A stretch of DNA of 38,742 bases, taken from Enterobacteria phage Sf101. Positions 20,101-29,790 of the stretch are shown here, piece after piece. The notes beneath the pieces were generated by a model. The model saw nothing but the letters and a program-made list of their open reading frames with translations. It made no database searches and was not told the DNA's origin. Made by a program: the position numbers and the translations under genes. Every line of letters begins with the position of its first letter. Positions within the stretch are counted from its first letter, which is position 1. Location: the sequence record KJ832078; one strand, written 5' to 3'.

Positions 20101-20166
20101 CTTGGTGTTCTTTCAGTTCTTCAATTCGAATATTGGTTACATTGTTTTCATATATGAATAAATAAA

Positions 20167-20379
20167 TTAGCTTTTTTCGTTGCCTTCGCGTTCTTTATTA
20201 ATTTTGACAAAATCGTTTTTACCACGCTCTCCAAATGCGTCTTTAGAGTCGTTGTATCCGCAATCGCAGCACACATAATCATCAGACCATCCACGCATTG
20301 TTTTTTCTTTTGCAATATTTCCAGAACCGCATTTTGGACAAGACATATCACTACCTCCAAAGCATGAGTGAGATGACAA
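20167..20379 (-). CDS. Zinc-ribbon small protein
   Basis: 70 aa with CPKCG...CCDCG cysteine pairs; last gene before the terminator. Confidence 0.5.
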   Translation of the reverse strand: MSSHSCFGGSDMSCPKCGSGNIAKEKTMRGWSDDYVCCDCGYNDSKDAFGERGKNDFVKINKEREGNEKS

Positions 20380-20442
20380 CGTAACATTGATTGGAGATTA
20401 ACAATAGATTGCTGATGTAAAAGATATGTATAAGCTTAGCTA

Positions 20443-21009
20443 TCAAAGGGGAGGCTCTGGTAGCGGCATCCAGTGTGACGGTTTCCACGACGCACCAGGA
20501 ATTATCCACCCATCATTAGCGTCAGGATGACCCGGGATGTAAGTCGCCCATTTCATTCGCCAGTCACCTTTCCTGTCAAACTCCACGGCAACAAGAACGG
20601 CTGTTTTGGTATCCGGCATTCGCTCACTACAGCTTATCCAACCATCCGGAGTTACCGGAGAGTTGCCCGATAGCTCGTTCAACTTGTAAGTTTGGCTTAC
20701 GAGTTCGGCTTCCAGTTCTGCTATGCGCTTTTTTGCTGCTTCCAGCTCGCCAAGCAGCGCCAAGACGGTAGCCGGATTGGCTGCAGCGATGAATTCAGCA
20801 TTGGCCTGCTGTTCCATTTGGAAACCTTCATCGAAACCGCTTTCTGGATGCGCTCCTTCAATTCTGCAAATGGGAATATATCCAACAACTTCACGATGAA
20901 TTAGCGCATCACCAGCATCAAATCTCTCCTCTCCATATTCGAGCGACCACACACCACACGTTGCTTTCTCCGCCGCTTCACGCAGCGCCTGTTTGTTGAT
21001 GTTGCTCAT
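20443..21009 (-). CDS. Hypothetical early protein (DUF551-like C-terminus)
   Basis: 188 aa; C-terminal ...WKPSHWMPLPEPP resembles the DUF551 ending common in lambdoid Ea-region proteins (from memory); start overlaps the upstream gene's stop. Confidence 0.5.
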   Translation of the reverse strand: MSNINKQALREAAEKATCGVWSLEYGEERFDAGDALIHREVVGYIPICRIEGAHPESGFDEGFQMEQQANAEFIAAANPATVLALLGELEAAKKRIAELEAELVSQTYKLNELSGNSPVTPDGWISCSERMPDTKTAVLVAVEFDRKGDWRMKWATYIPGHPDANDGWIIPGASWKPSHWMPLPEPPL

Positions 21010-21623
21010 TGGGCGGCCTCCTGGCGGTCTATGCGTTCAATTTCGGCCAGAATAAGTGCACCAGCTTTCACCAGGTCACGGCGTGGATTTGTCGGCTTCC
21101 ACCATTCTGGTGTCCACGGCCAGTCAAATGGAATGCGGTTAAATGGATGGATGGCATTCAGTACGTAGCATGAGGATGCCCACAGTAACTGCGATTTGCT
21201 GTACTGGTCATCATGCTCAGGCGTCCATCCCTCAGCTGATTGATGGCGTTGACGCTCTGCAATTACTGACTGAACGGCATTGGATGGCGATTTCACCACC
21301 TGCGCCAGTACTTCAGCAAGGAAAGCGTCGGTGGCTGGGGTTTCTAACTTCTTGGTGGTTGTATCAAACTCAAACAACTTAACCACGTCATCAAACAGGA
21401 CATAATCGCCATCAGGATCTTCAGTCATGTCAGCGCCACAATCCTGACCGAACGAGTCGCAACCATCCATATCAAGCTCGTATCGCTTAAGGTTTGCGAT
21501 ATTTGATAAATTCAACGCCAGTACAGCAAGGTCATAAACCTCGTCAACGGTATACCCTGCACCATGCCCATACATTTCAATGCGCGATATGATTTCTTCT
21601 ACTCGTTGTTTTGTGATTGTCAT
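21006..21623 (-). CDS. Hypothetical early protein
   Basis: 205 aa; translationally coupled to neighbours; shares a TDAFL(A/D)EV segment with the 148-aa protein upstream. Confidence 0.5.
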   Translation of the reverse strand: MTITKQRVEEIISRIEMYGHGAGYTVDEVYDLAVLALNLSNIANLKRYELDMDGCDSFGQDCGADMTEDPDGDYVLFDDVVKLFEFDTTTKKLETPATDAFLAEVLAQVVKSPSNAVQSVIAERQRHQSAEGWTPEHDDQYSKSQLLWASSCYVLNAIHPFNRIPFDWPWTPEWWKPTNPRRDLVKAGALILAEIERIDRQEAAQ

Positions 21624-22066
21624 TTTTGATCACATCCTTTGCGAAGCTGGGCGGCGATATCTTCGAGAACGCCATCAGAGAATGAGCGGTCAAAATCGCC
21701 TTCCGGCGCATTAGCCATAAACTCAGTAGAGGTAATAATCATCCTGGCAATATCCGCGGCGTTCTTCGCAGTATCATCAATAAAACCAGCTTCCCAGGCA
21801 GCCAGCATTCTGTTCGCCACAAAGTAAGCTCCCTCCTTGCGTGCTTCAGTCTTCACTTCATCCAAAAAAGCGTCGGTGACTTGGGTTTGCGGCATCCTTC
21901 CGTCTATTGCGCAGATATACGCATCAGATAGTTCACCCTGCTCGCCGTCAAACACGTAGCAACTCTGTACGATAAATTTATTCAGCCACGCATTCTCCAC
22001 AGCCAGCGCCGCGCACTTGGCCTCAAGGTTATCAATCGTGATTCCAGCAGAACGACACTCCCGCAA
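21620..22066 (-). CDS. Hypothetical early protein
   Basis: 148 aa; stop overlaps the downstream gene's start; contains QVTDAFLDEV. Confidence 0.5.
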   Translation of the reverse strand: MRECRSAGITIDNLEAKCAALAVENAWLNKFIVQSCYVFDGEQGELSDAYICAIDGRMPQTQVTDAFLDEVKTEARKEGAYFVANRMLAAWEAGFIDDTAKNAADIARMIITSTEFMANAPEGDFDRSFSDGVLEDIAAQLRKGCDQK

Positions 22067-22374
22067 CGCCGTTTCTAGTTTGATTCAAGTTCACCGAACT
22101 TACGGACAAGATATTCAGCGTTTGTTTCGTTAACATTTAAATCACTTGGGATGCATTTGCCTTTCAGAAAACCATCCATCTCAATTAGTGTCATTTGTTT
22201 CATTTTTTTCCACTCCGCCACATCGCATTCAGATATTTGTTTTGATTCACTGATGGAAAAGAATTTCTCTTAAGCAATTCCTCCCTCGATGGCATTGGCT
22301 TTACGCGTTGGCGAATAATCATTTCTGCCGGAAGAATGCCGGGATTGTATGCAAGTCCTCTCATGGTAAATTCC

Positions 22375-22671
22375 TCAGTCATTACTGATAGCGCCATAGC
22401 GTGAGCGGTAATTACGCAGGCGCGGGTCGATATATTCAGGGAAGTGGGTATATGTGGCTTTGCGGAATGGTCGGATTGATGTCTGGTAAATTCGCTCGCG
22501 TTCTTCTTTCTCTGCAAGCCATATACAGTGGCGAAATTCCTTTTCCTCTTTTGTTTCCTGCGGTAGCGACATTATCCGGTCGTAGTTTTTTCTGAATTTA
22601 TCCAGCACCTCCGATACGGAATTGCCGGAACAGCGGCGCGTGTCATCCGCACCATACAGAGGCGCTGGCAT
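22375..22671 (-). CDS. Hypothetical early protein (downstream of erf/ssb)
   Basis: 98 aa ORF; in the position where P22-type phages carry anti-RecBCD (abc) genes, but I cannot confirm homology. Confidence 0.45.
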   Translation of the reverse strand: MPAPLYGADDTRRCSGNSVSEVLDKFRKNYDRIMSLPQETKEEKEFRHCIWLAEKEERERIYQTSIRPFRKATYTHFPEYIDPRLRNYRSRYGAISND

Positions 22672-22694
22672 AATGGAATCCTTATTTTGCTATT

Positions 22695-23078
22695 TTAGAA
22701 GGGAATTGAATCGTCGTATTCAGGATGATTTTGATGATTGCTACTTTGTTGCTGTTGGCTGTTTCCTGAAGTTGCAAATCCAATCTTTGCATTCAGTAAT
22801 TCAAGAGTGATTGATTGACCATTTTGCCCCTGATAAACATCAACCATGATGTTTTCTCCGGTAATTTCAACAATGCCACCTTCAACAAGAACACTACGGT
22901 AGTAATCCGCTTGCGCTCCCGGCTTGGCAAATACAACGGCGCTGTAGTTTGTCCATTCTTTCTTTTTTGTCTGGCGATCGTAATACTGAACGCCAGCACG
23001 GATGTTGAATCCGATATTTTCCCCGGCCTGAAACTCTCTTGCGGGCTTGTTTAGTCTTACAGTAATCGAATGTGCCAT
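22695..23078 (-). CDS. Single-stranded DNA-binding protein-like
   Basis: ORF-track 22695..23168; start taken at internal ATG 23078, 1 nt overlap with the erf stop. C-terminus ...EYDDSIPF matches the conserved acidic SSB tail (E. coli SSB ends DDDIPF); Q-rich linker precedes it. Confidence 0.65.
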   Translation of the reverse strand: MAHSITVRLNKPAREFQAGENIGFNIRAGVQYYDRQTKKKEWTNYSAVVFAKPGAQADYYRSVLVEGGIVEITGENIMVDVYQGQNGQSITLELLNAKIGFATSGNSQQQQSSNHQNHPEYDDSIPF

Positions 23079-23683
23079 TAAGCAGCCGCTCCTTCTAATT
23101 CGTCTCGTCTGATGTTGTAAACGTCCTGCGCTTTGTGCTGCTCCGGTGTGCCTTCGAGCATCTTCCACGCTTTGGCGAACGCCTGTTTAAGCTCTTCCAC
23201 GGTGTTTTTCTGCATTGCTGCGTCAGTGAATGCTTTTAGAACCTGTTCAGGTGTAAGTGATGGTTTTGATTGCTTTGCTGCTGCGTTCTGCTGATGTTTA
23301 TGCTCGTCTGTATCTGCATCTTTCGCATCATCAATGCCGAACAAACCATTGAGGCAATACTTGCGTGCATAAGAGCTTGTAGCTCCCGTAACTTGTGCAG
23401 AATCCATTCCTTTCTTGCTTTCTTCCTCTCGTGCAAGAGCGGTTGCCGTATGACTGTTTTCGCCATCGGTAATAGTTGCCGTGGCTTTCACGTAATACCG
23501 ATCACCAATCAACACAACTTCATCGCTGATTGATAAAAACAGGCCATTCAGTAGCGGCTTAACGCCTTCAAGAATGTCTTCGCAGCTTCTGTATTTATAT
23601 TTACCGAATGAGTTGTACTGATTCTTTGGCGCGTTCAGATTCTTCTGAATAGCAGCCAGTCTTGCGTAAAATTCTTTGCTCAT
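23078..23683 (-). CDS. erf: Erf recombination protein (P22 Erf-like)
   Basis: From MSKEFYARLAAIQKNLNAPKNQYNSFGKYKYRSCEDILEGVKPLL... closely matches P22 Erf as recalled; ORF-track start 23713 would add 10 residues. Confidence 0.85.
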   Translation of the reverse strand: MSKEFYARLAAIQKNLNAPKNQYNSFGKYKYRSCEDILEGVKPLLNGLFLSISDEVVLIGDRYYVKATATITDGENSHTATALAREEESKKGMDSAQVTGATSSYARKYCLNGLFGIDDAKDADTDEHKHQQNAAAKQSKPSLTPEQVLKAFTDAAMQKNTVEELKQAFAKAWKMLEGTPEQHKAQDVYNIRRDELEGAAA

Positions 23684-23939
23684 ATGATTGTTCTCAGAAT
23701 GGACATGGCCCAAGGAAATAACGCTGATTTAATACTTCGACTTTGGACAAATTAAGGCATACCCGCATTCCTTCGCGGTCACCATTATGGCGATACCAGA
23801 GAGCTTTCTGCGTGTACATGCGCCTCTGTAACTTGCTCTCCTTCACTGTGGTTGCAAGTGACATGAATATCTCCTTCGTTACCGATTAATTCTTTCATCT
23901 GACGAATGAATTCTTCGTCTGACCAGTTATCTGTAAAAC

Positions 23940-24092
23940 TCATTTCCTGCGATACCACGGAAGGTTGATAGCTGATTTCATCGCTTTATTTGCTTCAATC
24001 CACATTTTTGAATCACCAATAAATCTGGCTATTACTGCTTTGTTTTGTGCAGCACGAAGCATCTGGTGATTGATGGCTATTTCATTGCGCAT
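23940..24092 (-). CDS. kil: Kil-like small protein
   Basis: 50-aa ORF translated by hand (MRNEIAINHQMLRAAQNKAVIARFIGDSKMW...); FIGD.KM motif resembles lambda Kil; overlaps the cIII stop. Below the ORF-track size cutoff. Confidence 0.45.
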   Translation of the reverse strand: MRNEIAINHQMLRAAQNKAVIARFIGDSKMWIEANKAMKSAINLPWYRRK

Positions 24093-24208
24093 AATAAGAC
24101 CTCAACTCTTTTCCATCCGTCACGTAATTTACGGGTGATTCGTTCAAGTAAAGATTCATTTAGTTGGAAGGCACCCATGCGAGCGCCTCCCGCGATTGCG
24201 TAAATCAT
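24077..24208 (-). CDS. cIII: CIII-like protease inhibitor
   Basis: 43-aa ORF translated by hand: MIYAIAGGARMGAFQLNESLLERITRKLRDGWKRVEVLLCAMK; the core SLLERITRKLRDGWKR is identical to lambda CIII as I recall it. Confidence 0.7.
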   Translation of the reverse strand: MIYAIAGGARMGAFQLNESLLERITRKLRDGWKRVEVLLCAMK

Positions 24209-24232
24209 GGGTGGTTCCTTATGTTGGTTTTA

Positions 24233-25201
24233 TTAGTAGGTTATTTTTGTTGCGAATACTTCGCCTTTTACGATGGCTGTTATGATATTTTTAGCAACAT
24301 CTTCTGATGCACCAACCTTGATAAGGTCAGCAAGTATTTTGTTATTTACTTCTTTCCGGTGAGCTTTATCCTTTGCTCTGCGCTCTTCTTCGTCCTTGAT
24401 TCTTTTTTCTTCTGCTATTCTGGCTTGCTCTTTTGCTTCAGCATCGCGACGGATTTGTTCAGCCTCCTCCTGTGCTTTACGGCGTTCTGCTTCAATTGCC
24501 GCATGCTTTTCTCTTTCAGCTCGTTCTGCTGCCTCTTTTGCTTCGCGCTGTGCTCGTTGCTCGGCTTCAATGCGTTCACGCTCTGCACGTTCCGCTGCGG
24601 CCTTAGCTTCTGCTTCTCGCCTTGCTGCTGCTTCAATTTCGGCTTTTGCCTTTGCTTCGGCTTCTGCTCTGGCTTTCTCTTCAGCTTCTCTTTTTAAGCG
24701 TTCTTCATGCTCTCGCTTTTCCTGCTCCGCTTTGAGTCTTGCCTCTTCTCTTTGGCGGTCAAATTCGCGATCCATCAAAATAGCTATTTCATGGTCAGAC
24801 TCAATTTGCTTTGCGAGAGCTTCAGCTGCTGCCTTAGCTTCTTCTTCGGCTTTAATCCGCGCCTGTTCTTCCTCATAATCAGTAAGAGGCTGGCGTGCCT
24901 TGGCTTTCAGCTCATCAAGGCGATCACGCACTGTCTTGCGGTTGGCATCAATTAGCTTTGGAATTTCCTTCAGTTCAGCAACAAGGTCTTTGCCAAGACC
25001 ATCGAGATATGTTTTCGTCTGCGCAACTTTATACGCCAGAGAAGCGATCTCCTTTCTGCCCTTTGCCGTTGTGATATCAGGCACAAAGGACATAACTTCA
25101 CGTTCAACCTTTTGGAGAATTTCTTCAATCTGGTCAGCAGACTGAAATACAATCATTGCATTTGCTTTTTCAATAACAACTAAATCTGTTACTTCACTCA
25201 T
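24233..25201 (-). CDS. Hypothetical protein with long E/R/A/K-rich coiled-coil region
   Basis: ORF-track 24233..25255; start taken at ATG 25201 with GGAGG RBS. Central ~150 aa are low-complexity (REEARLKAEQEKREHEERLKREAEEKARAEAEAKAKAE...). Confidence 0.6.
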   Translation of the reverse strand: MSEVTDLVVIEKANAMIVFQSADQIEEILQKVEREVMSFVPDITTAKGRKEIASLAYKVAQTKTYLDGLGKDLVAELKEIPKLIDANRKTVRDRLDELKAKARQPLTDYEEEQARIKAEEEAKAAAEALAKQIESDHEIAILMDREFDRQREEARLKAEQEKREHEERLKREAEEKARAEAEAKAKAEIEAAARREAEAKAAAERAERERIEAEQRAQREAKEAAERAEREKHAAIEAERRKAQEEAEQIRRDAEAKEQARIAEEKRIKDEEERRAKDKAHRKEVNNKILADLIKVGASEDVAKNIITAIVKGEVFATKITY

Positions 25202-25335
25202 ATATCCTCCATCAAAAAAATCGCCCTCACACTGGAGGGCAAAGAAGATTTCCAATAATCAGAACAAGTCGGCTCCTGTTTAGTTACGAGCGACATTGCT
25301 CCGTGTATTCACTCGTTGGAATGAATACACAGTGC

Positions 25336-25539
25336 TTATTCGCGAGCTTTGAGCATTGCGTCTGCAAACTTATATGCAGCGCTTGCTGCATAATTAACAG
25401 CTCCATCAGAATCATTATCGATAATCGATGGATTGCTAATCATTGCTTGCATAGCCTTTGCCGCGAAGTAATCACGTAATGTCGCATCACTTGCCATTTC
25501 TGGGCGTTTGATATCTGCTTCATAAAACTCGCACATCAT
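25336..25539 (-). CDS. Hypothetical early protein
   Basis: 67 aa; start overlaps the stop of the upstream gene. Confidence 0.45.
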   Translation of the reverse strand: MMCEFYEADIKRPEMASDATLRDYFAAKAMQAMISNPSIIDNDSDGAVNYAASAAYKFADAMLKARE

Positions 25540-25787
25540 TCACCTCCCAGAGCCTTGCTGATTGCTGACAGTGCTTTCGATACTTCATCAGGATAATGGT
25601 CATTCCATTTTTGCTTGTATGCCTTGTTTAGCATCGCTTGCAGAGCTTCGAGCAAATCAGGAGCTGCCTCCATCAATCTCACATCACCTCGATGGATGGT
25701 TGTATCGTCAAACGTGAAATAAACCCCATCATCGTTAAATCCAGCGCCAACAACATTCCATGGCCTTTTCATTCTTCCTACTGTCAT
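25536..25787 (-). CDS. Hypothetical early protein
   Basis: 83 aa ORF between ral and the downstream cluster. Confidence 0.45.
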   Translation of the reverse strand: MTVGRMKRPWNVVGAGFNDDGVYFTFDDTTIHRGDVRLMEAAPDLLEALQAMLNKAYKQKWNDHYPDEVSKALSAISKALGGE

Positions 25788-25828
25788 TATTCACCTCTGT
25801 GTATTTATGCCAAAAATAAAGGCCACCA

Positions 25829-26029
25829 TCAGGCAGCCTTGTTATTCTGTTTACCAAGTTCTCTGGCAATCATTGCCGTCGTTCGTATTGCCCATTTATC
25901 GACATATTTCCCATCTTCCATTACAGGAAACATTTCTTCAGGCTTAACCATGTATTCCGATTGCAGCTTGCATCCATTGCATCGCTTGAATTGTCCACAC
26001 CATTGATTTGTATCAATAGTCGTAGTCAT
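25829..26029 (-). CDS. ral: Ral restriction-alleviation protein
   Basis: 66 aa MTTTIDTNQWCGQFKRCNGCKLQSEYMVKPEEMFPVMEDGKYVDKWAIRTTAMIARELGKQNNKAA, matching lambda Ral as recalled. Confidence 0.85.
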   Translation of the reverse strand: MTTTIDTNQWCGQFKRCNGCKLQSEYMVKPEEMFPVMEDGKYVDKWAIRTTAMIARELGKQNNKAA

Positions 26030-26089
26030 ACGGATAGTCCTGGTATTGTTCCATCACATCCTGAGGATGCTCTTCGAACTCTTCAAATT
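26003..26089 (-). CDS. Acidic micro-ORF (lambda orf28 position)
   Basis: 28 aa (MEEEFEEFEEHPQDVMEQYQDYPYDYDY) between N and ral, overlapping the ral start; hand-translated. Confidence 0.3.
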
Positions 26090-26107
26090 CTTCTTCCATA
26101 TCTCACC

Positions 26108-26434
26108 TCAAATAAGTGGTTTGCTGCCTAATTTCATTTTCTGGCGACCAACACAAGTCACACCCATTTCACTGCGTGGCTTGCTGTACCATGTGCGCTG
26201 ATTCTTGCGCTCAATACGTTGCAGGTTGCTTTCAATCTGTTCGTGGTATTCAGCCAGCACCGTAAGGTCTATCGGATTCAGTGCGCTTTCTACTCGTGAT
26301 TTCGGTTTGCGATTCAGCGAGAGAATAGGGCGGTTAACTGGTTTTGCGCTTACCCCAACTAACAGGGGATTTGCTGCTTTCCATTGAGCCTGTTTCTCTG
26401 CGCGACGTTCGCGGCGGCGTGTTTGTGCATCCAT
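26108..26434 (-). CDS. N: Antitermination protein N (lambda type)
   Basis: 108 aa with arginine-rich motif MDAQTRRRERRAEKQAQWKAANPLLVG...; near-identical to lambda N as recalled. Confidence 0.9.
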   Translation of the reverse strand: MDAQTRRRERRAEKQAQWKAANPLLVGVSAKPVNRPILSLNRKPKSRVESALNPIDLTVLAEYHEQIESNLQRIERKNQRTWYSKPRSEMGVTCVGRQKMKLGSKPLI

Positions 26435-26701
26435 CTGGATTCTCCTGTCAGTTAGCTTTGGTGGTGTGGTGGCTGGTAGTCTAGCTCCAGCTTGTTGAGT
26501 CTCATTCGGAGGGGTATAACCGGCACCCCAGCGATTTTTCCATGCGACAACGTGCGCGTTATGGCGGCCTTATCGCCCGCGGCTCCCCATCTCGTCCACG
26601 CTATTGCTAGCGTTGGGAGCGCTTCACCGCTCAACAGTAGGTAAGCACTTGCCAGTGACTAGCTGGCTTCACCACACCCCAAAGCCTTCTGCTTTGAATG
26701 C

Positions 26702-26732
26702 TGCCCTTCTTCAGGGCTTAATTTTTAAGAGC
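26702..26732 (-). promoter_or_regulatory. nutL (boxB hairpin + boxA-like element)
   Basis: Minus strand reads GCTCTTAAAAATTAAGCCCTGAAGAAGGGCA; boxB GCCCTGAAGAAGGGC is the plus-strand palindrome at 26702-26716. Confidence 0.7.
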
Positions 26733-26777
26733 CTCACCTTCATGGTGGTCAGTGCGTCCTGCTGATGGCTTAAAATT

Positions 26778-26814
26778 ACAAGAAAGATTGTATATTGTAA
26801 ACAAGAAATATTGT
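26778..26814. promoter_or_regulatory. OL operators (434-type ACAA-N6-TTGT sites) / PL region
   Basis: ACAAGAAAGATTGT (26778-26791) and ACAAGAAATATTGT (26801-26814), with a possible third degenerate site between them. Confidence 0.7.
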
Positions 26815-26894
26815 AAAAAGGGGCGTGAAAAACAAACTCCATTGTTTTTAAATGAAAAATAGTTTGTTTTTGGTTATCGAGATTGAGGTGGGGA

Positions 26895-28247
<1,353 letters not shown>

Positions 28248-28255
28248 GACATTCC

Positions 28256-28287
28256 CGCTCTTACACATCCCAGCCCTGAAAAAGGGC
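28256..28287 (+). promoter_or_regulatory. nutR (boxA CGCTCTTAC + boxB GCCCTGAAAAAGGGC)
   Basis: boxA at 28256-28264, boxB hairpin at 28273-28287, directly after cro. Confidence 0.8.
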
Positions 28288-28363
28288 ATTACCAGAAACA
28301 AATCTCTATGGTTTTGCGTTTCTTTGCGAAGCCAACTCTATCTAATCATTAAGGAAATTATCT

Positions 28364-28645
28364 ATGGGTACTATTGCAACTAAAAGCAAGAAAGCGGCTC
28401 GCATCGAGTCAGCCTTGCTGAACAAACTGGCACTGATGGGGCAGAAGACATTCGCTCGAGCAATGGGGGTTCCTGAATATCAGGTAAGCCGATGGAAGAA
28501 TGGTTTCTTCTCGCAGGTAAGCATGATGCTTGCTGTTCTGGAATACGGAATCGAAGACGATGAAATGGCTGAATTGACTAAGCGGCTTGCCGATTACCTG
28601 ACAAAAGAAAAAGCCCCGAAGAACGGCGAATTCTTCGAGGCCTAA
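28364..28645 (+). CDS. cII: CII-like transcriptional activator
   Basis: 93 aa; [14 protein letters not shown]...QVSRWK...[19 protein letters not shown] parallels lambda CII. Confidence 0.85.
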   Translation: MGTIATKSKKAARIESALLNKLALMGQKTFARAMGVPEYQVSRWKNGFFSQVSMMLAVLEYGIEDDEMAELTKRLADYLTKEKAPKNGEFFEA

Positions 28646-28679
28646 TGTAGAAAGACTGGATCAATCCACGGGAGTAATT

Positions 28680-28826
28680 ATGACAAAACAACTCAGTCCT
28701 TACCAGGACAAAATTCACAAACACATACTACGTGATCGCTTCCTGTCCAGCTTCAAGCAGCCTGGTCGATTCCGGGCTGAGTTGGAAAAAGTGAAGCTGA
28801 TGCAGAAGGAGAAAGGTCATGAGTAA
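28680..28826 (+). CDS. Small ORF between cII and O (48 aa)
   Basis: Hand-translated [48 protein letters not shown]; its stop overlaps the O start codon. Confidence 0.35.
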   Translation: MTKQLSPYQDKIHKHILRDRFLSSFKQPGRFRAELEKVKLMQKEKGHE

Positions 28827-29679
28827 TCTTGCAACCGTAACACATTTAAGGCCTTCACAACGGCCTGTGGAGCGTCGTGTGGCAGAAGTTGAAGATGGTT
28901 ATACCCGTCTTGCAAATGCCCTGTATGAAGAGCTTATCGGAGCAGATTTAACGAAAAATCAGAGCAAGGTTGCCCACGCCATATGCCGTAAAACATACGG
29001 CTACGGTAAAAAGATGGATCGCATCTCTGATAGTCAGTTAGCTCAAATTACCAGGCTGCCAAGACAGAAGGTAAACAAGGCCAAGAATGAGCTTATCGCG
29101 ATGAAGGTTATCCTTCGCGAAGGCCAGCAAATCGGGCCTAACAAGAACATCGAGGAATGGCAAATAGAAGGGTGTCACTACTCTGGTGATAATGTCACTG
29201 CATTGGTGACAAAAAGTGTCACCAAAACGGTGACAGCGCTGTCACCAAAACAGGGACACACAAAAGAAACTATTACAAAAGAAAAAAGAAATAATAAAAA
29301 CACTATGTCCGAAAGTGTTCGGACGGAGTGTGAAAAATCACATGACCGTCACGAAGAAACCGACAAGGCATTCGAGGAAATATTCTGGTGTGCAGGCATG
29401 CGGAAAGCCGGGAAGAAAAACGCAGCTTCGGCATTCAGAACACAGTTCAGGGAATGGCGTAAAACTACCAGGGGTACGGCAAGCGAGTTTGCCACGATGC
29501 TGGCAGAAGACATCGCATGCAGGAATGGTAAGCAGTTCGGATTCGACAGGTTGTTACCATCGAGCTACCTGAACGGTCAACGCTGGAACGACGAGAAGCC
29601 AGAAACTATTCAACCACAATCCAAACCATCATCCGCAATCACCGTATCGAAAACTGGCTACGTGTTTTTCGACAGGTGA
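28819..29679 (+). CDS. O: Replication initiator, lambda O-like
   Basis: 286 aa; N-terminal region resembles lambda O; contains the iteron array; RBS GGAGAAAGG upstream. Confidence 0.8.
   Translation: MSNLATVTHLRPSQRPVERRVAEVEDGYTRLANALYEELIGADLTKNQSKVAHAICRKTYGYGKKMDRISDSQLAQITRLPRQKVNKAKNELIAMKVILREGQQIGPNKNIEEWQIEGCHYSGDNVTALVTKSVTKTVTALSPKQGHTKETITKEKRNNKNTMSESVRTECEKSHDRHEETDKAFEEIFWCAGMRKAGKKNAASAFRTQFREWRKTTRGTASEFATMLAEDIACRNGKQFGFDRLLPSSYLNGQRWNDEKPETIQPQSKPSSAITVSKTGYVFFDR
29196..29310. repeat. Replication origin: iterons inside the O gene followed by an AT-rich tract
   Basis: Repeated GGTGACA / TGTCACC elements (tggtgacaaaaagtgtcaccaaaacggtgacagcgctgtcaccaaaaca) then a ~45-bp A-rich stretch (29267-29310), the classic lambdoid ori architecture. 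Confidence 0.6.
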
Positions 29680-29682
29680 ACC

Positions 29683-29790
29683 ATGAAATCAAAAATCAAA
29701 TCGCTACTGGTTGCTGGTTATAACCACGGCTGGTTAAGTATTTCGTTTGTCGATTTCTGGTTTAAAAATCTCAATCTGAGGGAATCATGA
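29683..29790 (+). CDS. Micro-ORF (35 aa) between O and primase-helicase
   Basis: MKSKIKSLLVAGYNHGWLSISFVDFWFKNLNLRES; its TGA overlaps the ATG of the next gene (ATGA). Hand-translated. Confidence 0.25.
   Translation: MKSKIKSLLVAGYNHGWLSISFVDFWFKNLNLRES

Noticed and set aside
24396-24878. 160-aa plus-strand ORF (and neighbours at 24359..24697 and 24707..24955) rich in S/A/R/C
   Set aside because: Antisense to the E/R/A/K-rich coiled-coil gene; the low-complexity repeat keeps spurious frames open. No RBS or sensible protein features.
25813-25850. Possible hairpin terminator between ral and the 83-aa gene
   Set aside because: Stem is imperfect (GGCCACC / GGCTGCC) and it lies inside the N-antiterminated operon; too weak to call.
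25638-26006. 122-aa plus-strand ORF opposite ral (the position of sieB in lambda)
   Set aside because: Product is Cys/His/Ser-rich with no membrane helices, unlike SieB, and it overlaps ral and the 83-aa gene antisense; judged spurious.
26452-26634. 60-aa minus-strand ORF between nutL and N
   Set aside because: Lies in the N leader (lambda has an untranslated leader of similar length here); more likely leader RNA than a gene.
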